Shown here: one piece after another, positions 48,601-60,393 of the stretch
Numbering within the stretch: position 1 is the first letter of the stretch
Layout: the number at the start of each line of letters is the position of its first letter
Assembly (NCBI RefSeq): GCF_011386835.1
Contig: NC_088791.1
Coordinates: 275,652,001 to 275,716,000, forward strand
Direction: 5' to 3'
Origin: Chrysemys picta bellii
Taxonomy: Eukaryota
Length of the DNA stretch: 64,000 bases
Program-made: the position numbers and the translations under genes
Notes under the pieces: generated by a model
Database searches by the model: none
What the model was told of the DNA's origin: nothing
What the model saw: only the letters and a program-made list of their open reading frames with translations

Positions 48601-49967
48601 GACAGTTTAAAAAAAAATGTTAGTGGTTCATAGATATGGTAATAATATAGCAAGAATCCAAAATATTAAAGTATCATAGAACCTGGAAACAATACTTGAG
48701 ACGAGGGAATAAAACAGCATTTTAATGAGACAAAGGGCCACATCCTTTACTGCGTTCAGAGTGCTATCAGGGAGCCAGTTACATCTCCCTGATTCTCAGT
48801 CCTGACTCTTTGCCCTGGATTAGAACAGCCAGGGTGCTACTCTAACTGGAGCCAGTTGGCAATGGTTCCCAAGGGACCCAACACCAGCTGGGGATAGTTC
48901 CAATCACACCCGCTCTCTGCCCTGACATACTCCCTGCACTGGGGGTTGCAGGGAGAGGGGCAGAGAATTGGTAGGGCAATCACAGGTGAGCAGCACAAAA
49001 GGAATGGAATGGGGCATAGAATCTGCCCAAATATTTGCAATCTATCGTTGTTTTTACTCTTCATAGTTCCCCTCAATCCAAATAAATATATAAATACAAC
49101 AAAAACTGCAGTTCTGACACATACCAATTCATACAGTTCATTTACAAAGAACAATCTGTACATTAACTAGAGCTCATAGGAAAATGGATTCTATGCAAAG
49201 AATTTCCAAAGAAGAAAAATGTGTGTGTGTGTATTTTTGTATTAAAATCTAGAAACAGGAAATTTACCTGTTTTTGTATTAAAATCTAGAAATGGTTCAA
49301 TTTTTTGAAAACTGAAATGTTTGCTTTTTTCTACAAAAACTAGAACATTTTGAAAGAAATAAAAATTTTCTGTTAAAAAAATCTCAAGGAAGGCCATTTT
49401 TCATACAAAAACGATTTGAATGATACATTTAGAGCACTTCTAATATCAGAATTTCCAACTCTACTCAGCACACCAACATTCTTTTCCATGTAGCCTTAAA
49501 AGATTTCAAAAGAAAAATACCATTGGTATTTGAAAGTAAGAAAAGAAAACTCACACACCAGACTTAACTATCATATTTTGCATCCCCACTGTAACTATGA
49601 GTTAACTATTTGAAGGAACAGGTGACAGTTTAAAAGCAAAGCACTTACTCACACATCATTTTTGATTTGATGGACTATTAAAGTGCAGTTTGTATGGTAG
49701 ATTCTAAACTAAGGCTTGTCGGACATTTTTTGTATAAACTGTTTTTCAATAGAAAATTGGGTTTTCAACTAAATACAATTTTTCACGAAAGGTGTCTGCT
49801 TCTTAGGGGAAATTTTGATGTTTTGTCAAAAACCCAAACACCCCAAAACCCAAACATTTTTGGTTTTCAGCCAAAATGTGTTTGATTTTCAATATATCAC
49901 TGAAAAGTTGATATTTGCCATGGAAAATTGCAATGAAAATGAGAAAAGACATACTTTTGTCAAATCT

Positions 49968-50052
49968 TTTGGTCCTGCTAGTGAAGGCAGGGGGGCTGGA
50001 CTCGATGACCTTTCAAGGTCCCTTCCAGTTCTAGGAGATGGGATATCTCCAT
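49968..50052 (+). mobile_element. SINE/CR1 3' tail fragment
   Basis: Near-identical to 50286-50362. Confidence 0.85.
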
Positions 50053-50182
50053 TAATTTTTAAAAATTTTTTAAGGGGAAGAAACCTTATTTTTCAATTCA
50101 CTTTAGTTCAAAGACTGGGCTTCGATGGGCTCTAAGAGAAGTATTAAGAGATTTTAGCTTAGCTTTTTAAAAAACAAGCTTT

Positions 50183-50362
50183 GGGGGTATAGCTCAGTGG
50201 TTTGGGCATTAGCCTACTAAACCCAGGGTTGTGAGTTCAATCCTTAAGGGGGCCACTGAGGGATTGGGACCAAAATCAGTACTTGGTCCTGTTAGTGAAG
50301 GCAGGGGGCTGGACTTGATGACCTTTCAAGCTCCTTTCCAGTTCTAGGAGATAGGATATCTC
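50183..50362 (+). mobile_element. tRNA-derived, CR1-tailed SINE
   Basis: GGGGGTATAGCTCAGTGG (A box) ... GTGAGTTCAATCC (B box), then CR1 tail. Confidence 0.92.
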
Positions 50363-50499
50363 AATTAATTTATTTTATTTTAAATTTTTCATCTGGTGTA
50401 AATTGGCTACCCTGATTTAGACCAACAGGTGATCTGGCCTTTTCAGTTGATATTTTTAGGGTGAACGCAAATTAAGACAGTTGTTAATCAATATGCTCT

Positions 50500-51277
50500 T
50501 GTGATGGGGTGAACTCACCCTGCACGGTTGGGGAAGGATTAACTCCTCACTGTGGGATGAAGAAGCCACACTTCCAGGTTCCTACTGGGCATGCTCCAGG
50601 TGTAGCACCAGTATAAGAGTGAGCAGCCCAGCTCAGACTGGGCTGACTGCCAGAGAGGAAAGATGCTCCTTGTTGGCTCCCACCTGGGAGCAGTTGGAAT
50701 TCTGGACCGAGGAAGTCAAAGGCGCCGAGACCCAAGCAGGCATCCAGCTACCTGTGGATGCCCTAGGGAGGTCTGAGCTATAGGGAGTGGTACCACCAGA
50801 GGAACCTGGAGACCCCAAAGATGCACAGACTACCACCACAAGTATCACAGTAGGAAGCACCCTGGGGAGTCTAGCTATTGTCTTGACGATAGTCAGTGTG
50901 TTGCAGATGGATCCCTGCTGACTTAGTGGCAGGCACTCTCACCACTGACAGGGCCCTGGGATGGGACCTGGTGGAGCAGGGAGGGCCTGGGTCCTCTTAC
51001 CCTGGCTGCTACCCCTCCCCCAGTTTGTGGCCCACACACCCCAACTGGCTGCTAGGCCAGAGAGCCCCTCCTGAAGGGCAATTCTATTGATGCTGGCCAC
51101 TAGGCCATACAGCCCCAATCCGGAGGACAACTTTATTGACTCTGGTTGCTAGGTTTTCCTGCCCTGAAAACCCTATTTACTTTAGCCCTTAGGTTTCACT
51201 GCCTAGAGACAGAGGGCAGCTTGAAGGACAGGGTAAACTCACCCCTCTCTGGATGGGGGTCTCCCCACCCCGTCACA
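50500..51277. mobile_element. Solo LTR
   Basis: TGTGA ... TCACA termini with perfect 5-bp TSD gctct. Confidence 0.88.
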
Positions 51278-52478
51278 GCTCTAATAAACTACGGTGTAGA
51301 CAGAGGAGTGATTGTCATTAGTTATCATTGTGAATTATTGGGTGTAATTTGTGTTGGATCAGTCTATTAAAAACAACTTTTCTCAAACTTTGCATTTCCA
51401 AGGTTTCACCAAGAGGCTCCTTATTTGACAGGTCTTAGGAAATGAAGGATAGGCTTCCAAGTTTCTACTCCTATCTAATACAGTGGATGAGGTTTTATTT
51501 TTCTCTTTGCAAGGGGATGTTAGAGGCCATGTACCTCAGAAATTTCAGCAGACCTGCAAGCCTTTGGCTAGGTTAATGTAGAAATTTATAGGTGAAAAAT
51601 GCCTTTGGATGACTTTTTAAATCAGTTTAGAAGTCCTCCAGAATAAGCCGTAGCTATTAAATCATCTACAGTGGATAATTCAACACCCAATCTATTTAAT
51701 GCAGGAGAATAGTGTGTGACTTTACTGGCCAAAAGAGCAGAGAACAATATTTCTCTACATACAGGTAGAATAAGAGCTGCAGCAGAGTGGTGGAAAAATC
51801 CCCCCATTGCTTTGAGAACATGACATCATGGAAAATTCATTGCTATAAAAATAATGCAGAGCTAGATTTTTCCCTGCCCCCTGCAAAAGCAGTTGTGTAA
51901 GGGGGTTGAAGGAAAAAAACTTTTTTTTTAAAAAATGTATGAACCTCTTTTAGTCTGTGAAAGCTTTAGCCCCTGATTTTTCAAGGCTTTATGTTCAAGA
52001 TCAGCTGCCATATCTACATGGGCTGTCTCTCTCTCACAACATTTCCCTTTCAGATTACAGCAGCTACTGTAATAGGGTCAAAAGGCTGAGCAAGTATAGG
52101 GCACATGCCTGTGAGAAACTAGTCCATGTGAACCTTCCCATTCTTTTTTGTTGTTTATTATTTTATTGCATTTTTGTCAGCTTGCAGGCTCACATTTTGT
52201 GTATTTACCAGTGTTTCTGGGACAGATTCTGTATCCCAATCTGGCCAATAGATGCCCCATGCAAGGCAGCCGTATGCTGGGGCTCTTTCTAGCCCCTGCA
52301 AATCCCAGAACAGGGGATTCTAGGGGAAGGACTGTAGCATGGGGGTCTATGGAGATTTCCTAAGGCTCAGGTTGTAAATTAGAGCAATGAGAATCTCCCA
52401 GAATCCTGAGGGCACAAAGGTAGCAAAAAGATACCCTTTTGCTCTCTTCCCCTGTGCTCCTGGAGGCACAGCATAGAA

Positions 52479-52820
52479 CAGGGATCGGCAACCTTTGGCA
52501 CACGGCTCGCCAGGGTAAGCACCCTGGCGGGCCGGGCTGGTTTGTTTACCTGCCGTGTCCACAAGTTCAGCTGATCGCAGCCCACTGGCCGCGGTTCGCC
52601 ACTCTAGGCCAATGGGAGCTGTGGGAAGCAGCGTGGGCCGAGGGATGTGCTAGCCGCCGCTTCCCGCAGCCCCCATTGGCCTGGAGCGGTGAACTGCAGC
52701 CAGTGGGAGCTGCCATTGGCCAATCCTGTGGACGTGGCAGGTAAACAAACCGGCCCGGCCCACCAGGGTGCTTACCCTGGCGAGCCGCGTGCCAAAGGTT
52801 GCCGATCCTTGCCGATCCCT
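52479..52820. mobile_element. hAT MITE (CAGGGATCGGCAACC family) with aberrant right end
   Basis: Body homologous to 17322 and 46627; right end GGTTGCCGATCCTTGCCGATCCCT; no TSD. Confidence 0.9.
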
Positions 52821-52940
52821 TTCAACCTCATCTCCAGTGAACAATGGTGTAAAACATATTAAAAAATAGCTGAGGTGTGATACACAATAATATGAGGAGC
52901 CAGGCTGCCAGAAGAAGGTTCTAGAAGATTAGTGCTAGAA

Positions 52941-54815
52941 ATGTAATAGTGCAAAGTGCAAGGTCATGTATTTAGGGATTAACAACAAGAAATTTTGCTG
53001 TAAAATGGGGATTTATCAGTTGGAAGTGACAGAGGAGGAGAAAGACCTGGGTGTATTGGTTGACCACTGGTGACTGAGCCACCAATGTGATGCAGCTGTG
53101 AAAAGGCTAATGCAGTCCTAGGATGTATGAGGCGAGGTATTTCCAATAGAGACGGGGAAATGTTAGTACCAGTATATAAAGCAATGGTGAGACCTCATCT
53201 GAATTACTGTGTGCAATTCTGGTCTCCCATCTTTAAGAAAGATGAATTCAAACTGAACTGGTGCAGAGAAGGGCTACTAGAATGATCAGAGGAATGGAAA
53301 ACCTACCTTATGAGAGGAGACTCAAAGAGCTTGGCTTGTTTAGCCTAACCAAAAGAAGGCTGAGGGGAGATATGATTGCTCTCTATAAACACATTAGAGG
53401 GATAAATACCAGGGAGGGAGAGGAGTTATTTAAGTTAAGTGTCAATGTGGACTCTATTGTAAGTTGTGTGTGTGTGTGTTCTTTCCCTACATGTACCAGC
53501 TCTGCATAGACAGCTGGTTCAGCAGACCTTGATAGTACTATCCAGTGTGGTTAAGTGCTGGAGGCTGGATATTGTTCCCTTGGTAGTGCTGTTTAGATTG
53601 TTCACTGCTTTTGACCTTGGGGCTCCAATGGTATTGGTAGATAGTTCAGCATGTTAATTCGGCAGACCTCAATGTTACTTATTAAGGAAGACCACAGGCA
53701 TGGTTCAGTGGTGAAGGTGCTTGGCCAGGTTTATTGTCAGTGAAGCACAGTACTAGCTCCCGGGGTCAATGTCTACACTAACAGATGTATGCTCGTTACA
53801 ATGGACTCAGCTCAGTCAGCAGCAGGACTTTCCGCTGCCCCTTAGGCTGGACAAAGGGTTAAGGTGAAGTACCCTGACATTTATAGGCTGAGGCAAACAA
53901 ATAGAATACACAACTTACACCCCACCTTTTTATTTCATGCCATCTGCTTGTTACTTCCCCTTCTTCCTGATATTTTGGACCAAACATCCCTATTCATCAT
54001 GTTGTCAAACCATCTGATCTTGTACTAGATTAAAATGTATCTATACTAACTGGAAGATACAGTATTTACATCAATATCTAATGCCTAGTAATCTAACAAC
54101 AACTATGCCAAGTTCATGTACTGGACAGTGAACTTGTAAGCATCTGTTTTACCACATGGCCTGACTTTGGTTCAGAGCCTCTGGCTCAGGCCTCAAATCT
54201 TGCAACATGCCCAGTACTCCAGGCTCTTTCTTTACTACATGCAAGAACAAATGGATATAAACTGGCCATCAACATGTTTTGGCTTGAAATTAGATGAAGG
54301 TTTCTAACAATCGGAGGAGTGAAGTTTTGGAACAGCCCTTCAAGCGGAGTAGTGGGGGCAAAAAACCTAACTGCCTTCAAGACTGAGCTTGATAAGTTTA
54401 TGAAGGGGATGGTATGATGTGTCTGCCTACAGTGGCATGTAGCTGATCTGTGACTGCTAATATCTCCGCCTGTCAGTGATGGGACATAGATGGGGAGGGC
54501 TCTGAGTTACTACAGAGAATTCTTTCCAGGTGTCTGGCTGGTGGGTCTTGCACACATGCTCAGGGTCCAACTGATCACCATATTTGGGGCCAGGAAGGAA
54601 TTTCCCCCCGGTCAGATTGGCAGAGACCCCGGTGTTTTTGCGGGTTTAAACTAGTGAAAATGGTGGATTCTCTGTAACTTATTTAAATCATGATTTCAGG
54701 ACTTCAGTATCTAGCTGGAGGTTATGGGAGTGGGTGGGTGCAGTTCTGTGGCCTCCAATGTGCAGGAGGTCAGACTAGATGATCATGGTGGTCCCTTCTG
54801 ATCTTAAAATGTATG
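52941..54815 (+). mobile_element. CR1 LINE 3' portion, split by an LTR
   Basis: ORF2 end [42 protein letters not shown]; resumes after 54240 and runs to the CR1 3' UTR. Confidence 0.92.
53458..54239 (-). mobile_element. Solo LTR inserted in CR1
   Basis: TG...CA ends and a minus-strand AATAAA; interrupts CR1 at gtggac|caagaac. TSD not evident. Confidence 0.65.
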
Positions 54816-55192
54816 GGACTTGACATGAATGAGGTTGACAAAATGTGATGGGGGGGAGGGGGAGAAAAATGGGTTGATGAAAGAAGAGAGCTACAGCAAC
54901 ATGATTACATAGTTACTCAGCTTAGGCATGTACATCCTTTATCTTAAATCCTTGTACTTTTCTATACTTACTGTAGGAAATAGTTTAAATATTGCACATA
55001 CTGAAGTTGGTTAACTGCAAATTGTATATAGTTAAGGACTATCACTGTATATACTGTAATACAGCCAGGGTAGCACGTGTTTGGTTTTACTTTCAGACAC
55101 AAGCCAATTAACTGCCATAGAGAGAGATGTTTCTATTGTGTTGAGCTGTAGCTTCCATCTTCTCATTGTACATTGCTGCTTGTGGTGCTCAG

Positions 55193-56040
55193 TGTCACAG
55201 TTCAGGACAACTGCACCTGTATTTCCCCTCAGTGGTCCAGCTAGGGCACCTGCTCTTGCCTTCCAGCTCCCAAGCCGTTGCCTCGCTTGGTTGGAGACCT
55301 GTGTCTCACATCCTTCTGACCAAGGCATTTCCAGGCTGCACAGTTCCCTGCCTGCTGTCTTCACTGTGTTATTCCCAGCAGAGACAGGCTGCCCAAGCAC
55401 ACCTGCTTGCTTTCTCTTCAGAGACTGATAAGAGTGATTGTCCACAGTTGTAAGTTACCACACAGTTCTTTCTATGCAAGCCTATTTTATTCTTAAAGTT
55501 AAAAAAAATTGTTACAGAGAAAACAGATTTAAAAACTATAAAAGAGCCCACACATATGCTAATAAGCTTACAGACATCATCCCAACCCTATCATGGGCTC
55601 TGGCAGGAGCAGTCCCTCAAATGCCCACCCAACAGGATTCCTTATGGTTACAGGTTCATTACAGCTTCAGTTCAGAACAAGCATTCAGTCCCAGGAGGCT
55701 TCAGGAGGCCCAGTCCTTCCAACCCTTCCAAAAGGGCCCCCAATTTGCTGGATGAGGAAGAAGGCCCTGAGCCTGTTTAAAACCAGGCTATTTATCCAAG
55801 AATCCTTTCTTTGTCTGTTGGTCCCTAGAGAATGCAGTTTGAATTAGTACATGCCAACCTCTTCAGGGGGTGACTTCAAAGGGCTTATAACCAGAGGAAC
55901 TACATTAGCATCCCTCTCACTGTACTCAACAGGCGTTACCTAGACTCAGTTACTTAACCTACTCCACAGAAAGAACACCATATCTGCTCATCTTCCTCCT
56001 AACTGCTGACAGTTCCCATGGCATGAAGATGTCTGTGCCC
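55193..56040 (-). mobile_element. ERV-like LTR remnant (right boundary approximate)
   Basis: Starts TGTCACA, antisense poly(A) signal (ttttattc); related to the 47090 region. Confidence 0.55.
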
Positions 56041-56651
56041 TGCTAGTGACAGAACCTACAGAATGCAGTGCTGAAATGAGGGATTCTGAATCTCTCAGGG
56101 TACACATTTCCAGGCTGCACAGTTCCCTGCCTGCTGTCTTCACTCTTTCCTGTGATCACACACACACACAGGTTAGGAAGAGGAGCTCACATACACTCCC
56201 AGCGGGCCAAAGACACTCAGATTGCAACTGCATCTCTTCCAAGCTGCTCCAGAAAATTCTTCCACCATTCAATACAGCTAGACCTAACACAGTGAATGCA
56301 ACTGGAGTGGATGCAGATAATCCCCAGTGGCTACTGCCAGCTCCAGGAGAGCAGAGTTAAGGTAACTTAGGTACCTGTAGCTTTAACTCTGTAGTTCTTG
56401 GTTTTCACAACAATGTTTTGCTGAAAGTGACATTCCCGAAGGATATGAGATACCGTTGGGAACCATAACTCTGTGATAGCAAAGTTTTTTTGCCATTTAA
56501 TTTTATGGACCTTCGGATAGAGGGTATGGTGCAAGAAGTAGAAAAGGCTACCAGTGAACTGATGCCAAATGCCAAATAAGTGCTGGAACTATGGAAGGAG
56601 CATTTTGACAATGTGCAGATACAACCATTTTAGACATGCTAGATGCATAGG

Positions 56652-56902
56652 CAGGGCCGGCTCCAGGCACCAGCAAAGAAAGCAGGTGCTTGGGGTGGCA
56701 CGTCTGGGTCTTCGGCGGCAATTCAGCGGTGGGTCCCTCACTCCCTCTTGGAGCGAAGGACCCGCTGCCAAATTGCCGCTGAAGAATGAAGCGGCATGGT
56801 AGGGCTGCCACCGAAGTGCCGCCGATCACGGCTTTATCTTTTTCTTTTCTTTTCCCCCCTGCTTCGCTGCTTGGGGTGGCAAAAAAGCTGGAGCCGGCCC
56901 TG
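56652..56902. mobile_element. hAT MITE (CAGGGCCGGCTCCAG family)
   Basis: TIRs plus TSD tgcatagg/tgcacagg. Confidence 0.92.
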
Positions 56903-59352
56903 TGCACAGGGCAACTTGCAAGGCTGAATGGATGTCAGCACTGAACCACCATCACAAGAAGAAATAGAAAGAGTTGTGGAGCGATTAAAAATGGGCAAGT
57001 TTTAGGAATAGACAGCATAACAGCTGAGCTGCTAAAGCTGGTGGAACAAGTGCTTTCAAAGCATCAGAAAAATATACAAGAAGATATGGGAGCTAGAGAA
57101 GGTACCAGATGCCTGGGTAAAGGCAATAGTTGTAGCAATCTTGAAGAAAGGAAATCCTGCCAATCCATATAATTATAGAGGTATAAGCTTATTGTTATAT
57201 CCTGGAAAATCATGATAAAAGTAATTGTCAACAAATTATGGCCAGTTTTAGAGGAAATAGTGGGCAAGGAACAGTGTGTCTTGAGACCAGGCCAAAGTTG
57301 CATTGATCAAATGTTCCCACTCTGACAGTTGATGAGGGGGGTGGGGGTGGAAAGCAAAAATGGGGATTAAAGATGTTTGCTGTTTTCATCGACTTCACAA
57401 AGGTATTTGATTTGGTTTGGAAGGGAACATTTGATTTGGTTTGAAAGAAGCAAAATCATTTGGAGTTCCAAATAAGATATTTGTAATTATAAAAATTGAA
57501 GCTTCCTCCAGTGCCATAAAAATTGGTGGAAAATTAACCAACTGGTTAAAGTTGAAGTTTGATGTGAGACAAAGGGAAATGGCAGTCACTTTTAATCATG
57601 TTCTTAAATTGGACATTAGGAATTTTAGATGAGTTGGAGGATGTGACTTTGGGTGATCTAGAGATAAGGTCCTAAACTTATGCAGATGACATCGTACAAC
57701 TGGCAGGCACGTTTGAATTAATGATGATACCCTTTGTTACCTTGGAAAAATTGGGGTAGTCAACTTGGCCTTACAAATAATGCCAAGAACTTGAAGTGGA
57801 TGCATCTTGAAAAGGCATAATAGATAAAGTGTTGAAATGCAGCAGCAATGAAATCATAGAACAAGTATACTGCTATGTGTACCTAGCTTGACCAGTACCG
57901 ACGGTTCAATCAAGGATGAGGTTAAATGGAGATGTGCCTTACAAGTTCTGCACAGAAACTGAAGAAATTATGGGCTATTAAAAACACTGTTTGGTACCAA
58001 AGTGAAAATGTACTAACTAAACCAGTGTACTAACAGCCATTACTCTATGGCCTGAAAACCACTGCATTGAATAAAAAAGATATCAGAAGGGTGGATGGAG
58101 GCAGTAGAGAGAAGAATTCTTTGAAAGATGGCAAGTGTTAAGTGGAATACTTTTAAGACAAATAAGGAAGTTAGAAGGGGTGTATTATGTAAAATCACTG
58201 GGGTACAGGATTGGCTACAATCAAAAAAGTGTTGATGGTGGGGACACTGCAGAACGCAAACAGAAGATAGGATGCCAAAGAAAATAGTGCAAACACAAGC
58301 AAGGTCAGTCTGTACTAGAAGCCTGTGACGGTCCCTGCGGTGCAACCTGGACTGTGTGACTGCTGAGACCCTCAAACCCAACAACTTGGGTTGCCTCTCA
58401 CATGGTGAAGCTGATGTCAAGCTACAAACCTCAGGTAGCTAATGCACTTACACAACCATCCACAGGCAGGGACACACCCAATTGAGTTACATGAATGATC
58501 TCCCAGCCACTCATCAACCAACAATAGAGAGGCTCCAGTCAATTCCCCCCAGATCCCCAGTCTTGCACCCCAGAAATGTACCATCTTGCACTGGTCAGAA
58601 GCCTGGCGAGTGTAAGTTCATTATCCAGTTTGCCACTCCCTCAGTATGAATGGACACATACTAGCCTTTGTAAACTGAGCTGAGATTTCCCAAGCACTTC
58701 AACCAAAACACACTGTTTTAAGTAAAATATAAAATGCATTTTTAACTACAGAAAGATAGATTTTAAGTGATTATAAGTAGCAAGCATAGAAATCAAAGTT
58801 GGTTACCTAAGAAATAAAACTTCTCAGTCTAAGTTCTACAAACTAAACAGGATTTGAATCAAGCAGTGTCTCACCCTGACAGATGGTACAAACAGGTCAC
58901 GGATCCTCAGTAGACAGGCTCAAACTGCATTCCAGCACAGGACCACCCTTCCCCAGTTCAAAGTCTTTGTCCTCCAGAGATTTCTTCCAGATGTTGAGTT
59001 TGCGGGGTGGGGGAAGAGGCCAAGTGATGATGTCACTTCTCCTCCTTTATACTTTCTTCCAGCTTGCTGGAAAGATCTATGCTGTGACATGCAGGTCAGT
59101 CAGTCCCCATTGGTCAAGCAGCCTCCATTGCATACATACTCTCTTTGAGAAGTCTCCATTGTATACAGTTTCTGGGATAGTGTCTTCTTTCCTTAATGGA
59201 TGTTGATAAGCCATTAACCGCTGTCTGGCTACTCCATTGTTGTACCTGAAAGGCTGGTTGTGGGTGTTCCCAACCTCACATCATATTTCAGTGACACCTA
59301 CAGCAATACTTCACATTTAATGATAGCACATACAATCCAACAGGATATTAAT

Positions 59353-60393
59353 ATAGTAGCGAGATATAAATACACAGAATATGAAAAGATGGGAGTTGCC
59401 TTACCAAGTGGGGGGTCAGTGCTAATGAACCAATTCAATTAAGGTGGAAGTGGGCTATTCTCAACAGTTGACAAGAAGGGAGGAAAAATCACCTTTGTAG
59501 TGCAAATGAGGCCAATGTAATCAAGGTGGCCCATTTTCAAATAGTTGACAAGAAGGTGTGAGTATCAGCAGGGGGAAATTAGTTCTTGTAGTGACCCATC
59601 CACTCCCAGTCTTTATTCAGGCCTAATTTGATGGTGTCCAGTTTGCAAATTAATTCCAGTTCTGCAGTTTCTCATTGGAATCTGTTTTTGAAGTTTTTTT
59701 GTTTAAGAATTGCCACTTTTAAGTCTGTTATTGAGTGTCCAGGGAGATTGAAGTGTTCTCCTACTGGTTTTTGAATGTTGTAATTCTTGATGTCAGATTT
59801 GTGTCCATTTATTCTTTTGCATAGAGACTGTCCGGTTTGGCCAATGTACATGGCAGAGGGGCACTGCTGGCACATGATGGCACACATCACATTGGTAGAT
59901 GTGCAGGTGAACGAGCCCCTGATGGTGTGGCTGATGTGGTTAGATCCTATGATGGTGTCCCTTGAATAGATATGCAGACAGAGTTGGCACCGGGGTTTGT
60001 TGCAGGGTTTGGTTCCTGGGTTGGTGTTTTTGTTGTGTGGTGTGTAGTGCTGGTGAGTATTTGCTTCAGGTTGGGGGGCTGTCTGTAAGCAAGGACTGGC
60101 CTGTCACCCAAAGTCTGTGAGAGTGAGGGATCATCCTTCAGGTTAGGTTGTAGATTGAATTGGCTCATTAGCACTGACTCCCCCACACACTTGGTAAGGC
60201 AACTCCCATCTTTTCATATGCTGTGTATTTATACCTCTCTAGTGTATTTTCCACTCCATACATCTGATGAAGTGTGTTTTAGCCCATGAAAGTTTATGCC
60301 CAAATAAATTTGTTAGTCTCTAAGGTGCCATAAGGACTCCTCATTGTTTTTGCTGATACAGACTAACACAGCTACCACTCTGAAACCTGCCAA
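59353..60393. mobile_element. Penelope-like element, 5'-truncated, with inverted terminal segment
   Basis: TSD gatattaat; ~59367-59430 is the inverted copy of ~60160-60235; terminal pLTR with CTGATGA...GAAA. Confidence 0.92.
59672..60186 (-). pseudogene. Penelope GIY-YIG endonuclease remnant
   Basis: AYRQPPNLKQIL; CQQCPSAMYIGQTGQSLCKRINGHKSDI...PVGEHFNLPGHS. Confidence 0.92.

Noticed and set aside
50183-50255. tRNA gene (also the heads at ~14170-14236 and ~44710-44777)
   Set aside because: The tRNA-like A/B-box heads run directly into CR1-derived tails, so they are SINEs.
52054-52140. Exon after the strong acceptor at 52053
   Set aside because: No convincing donor, and the peptide is not recognised.
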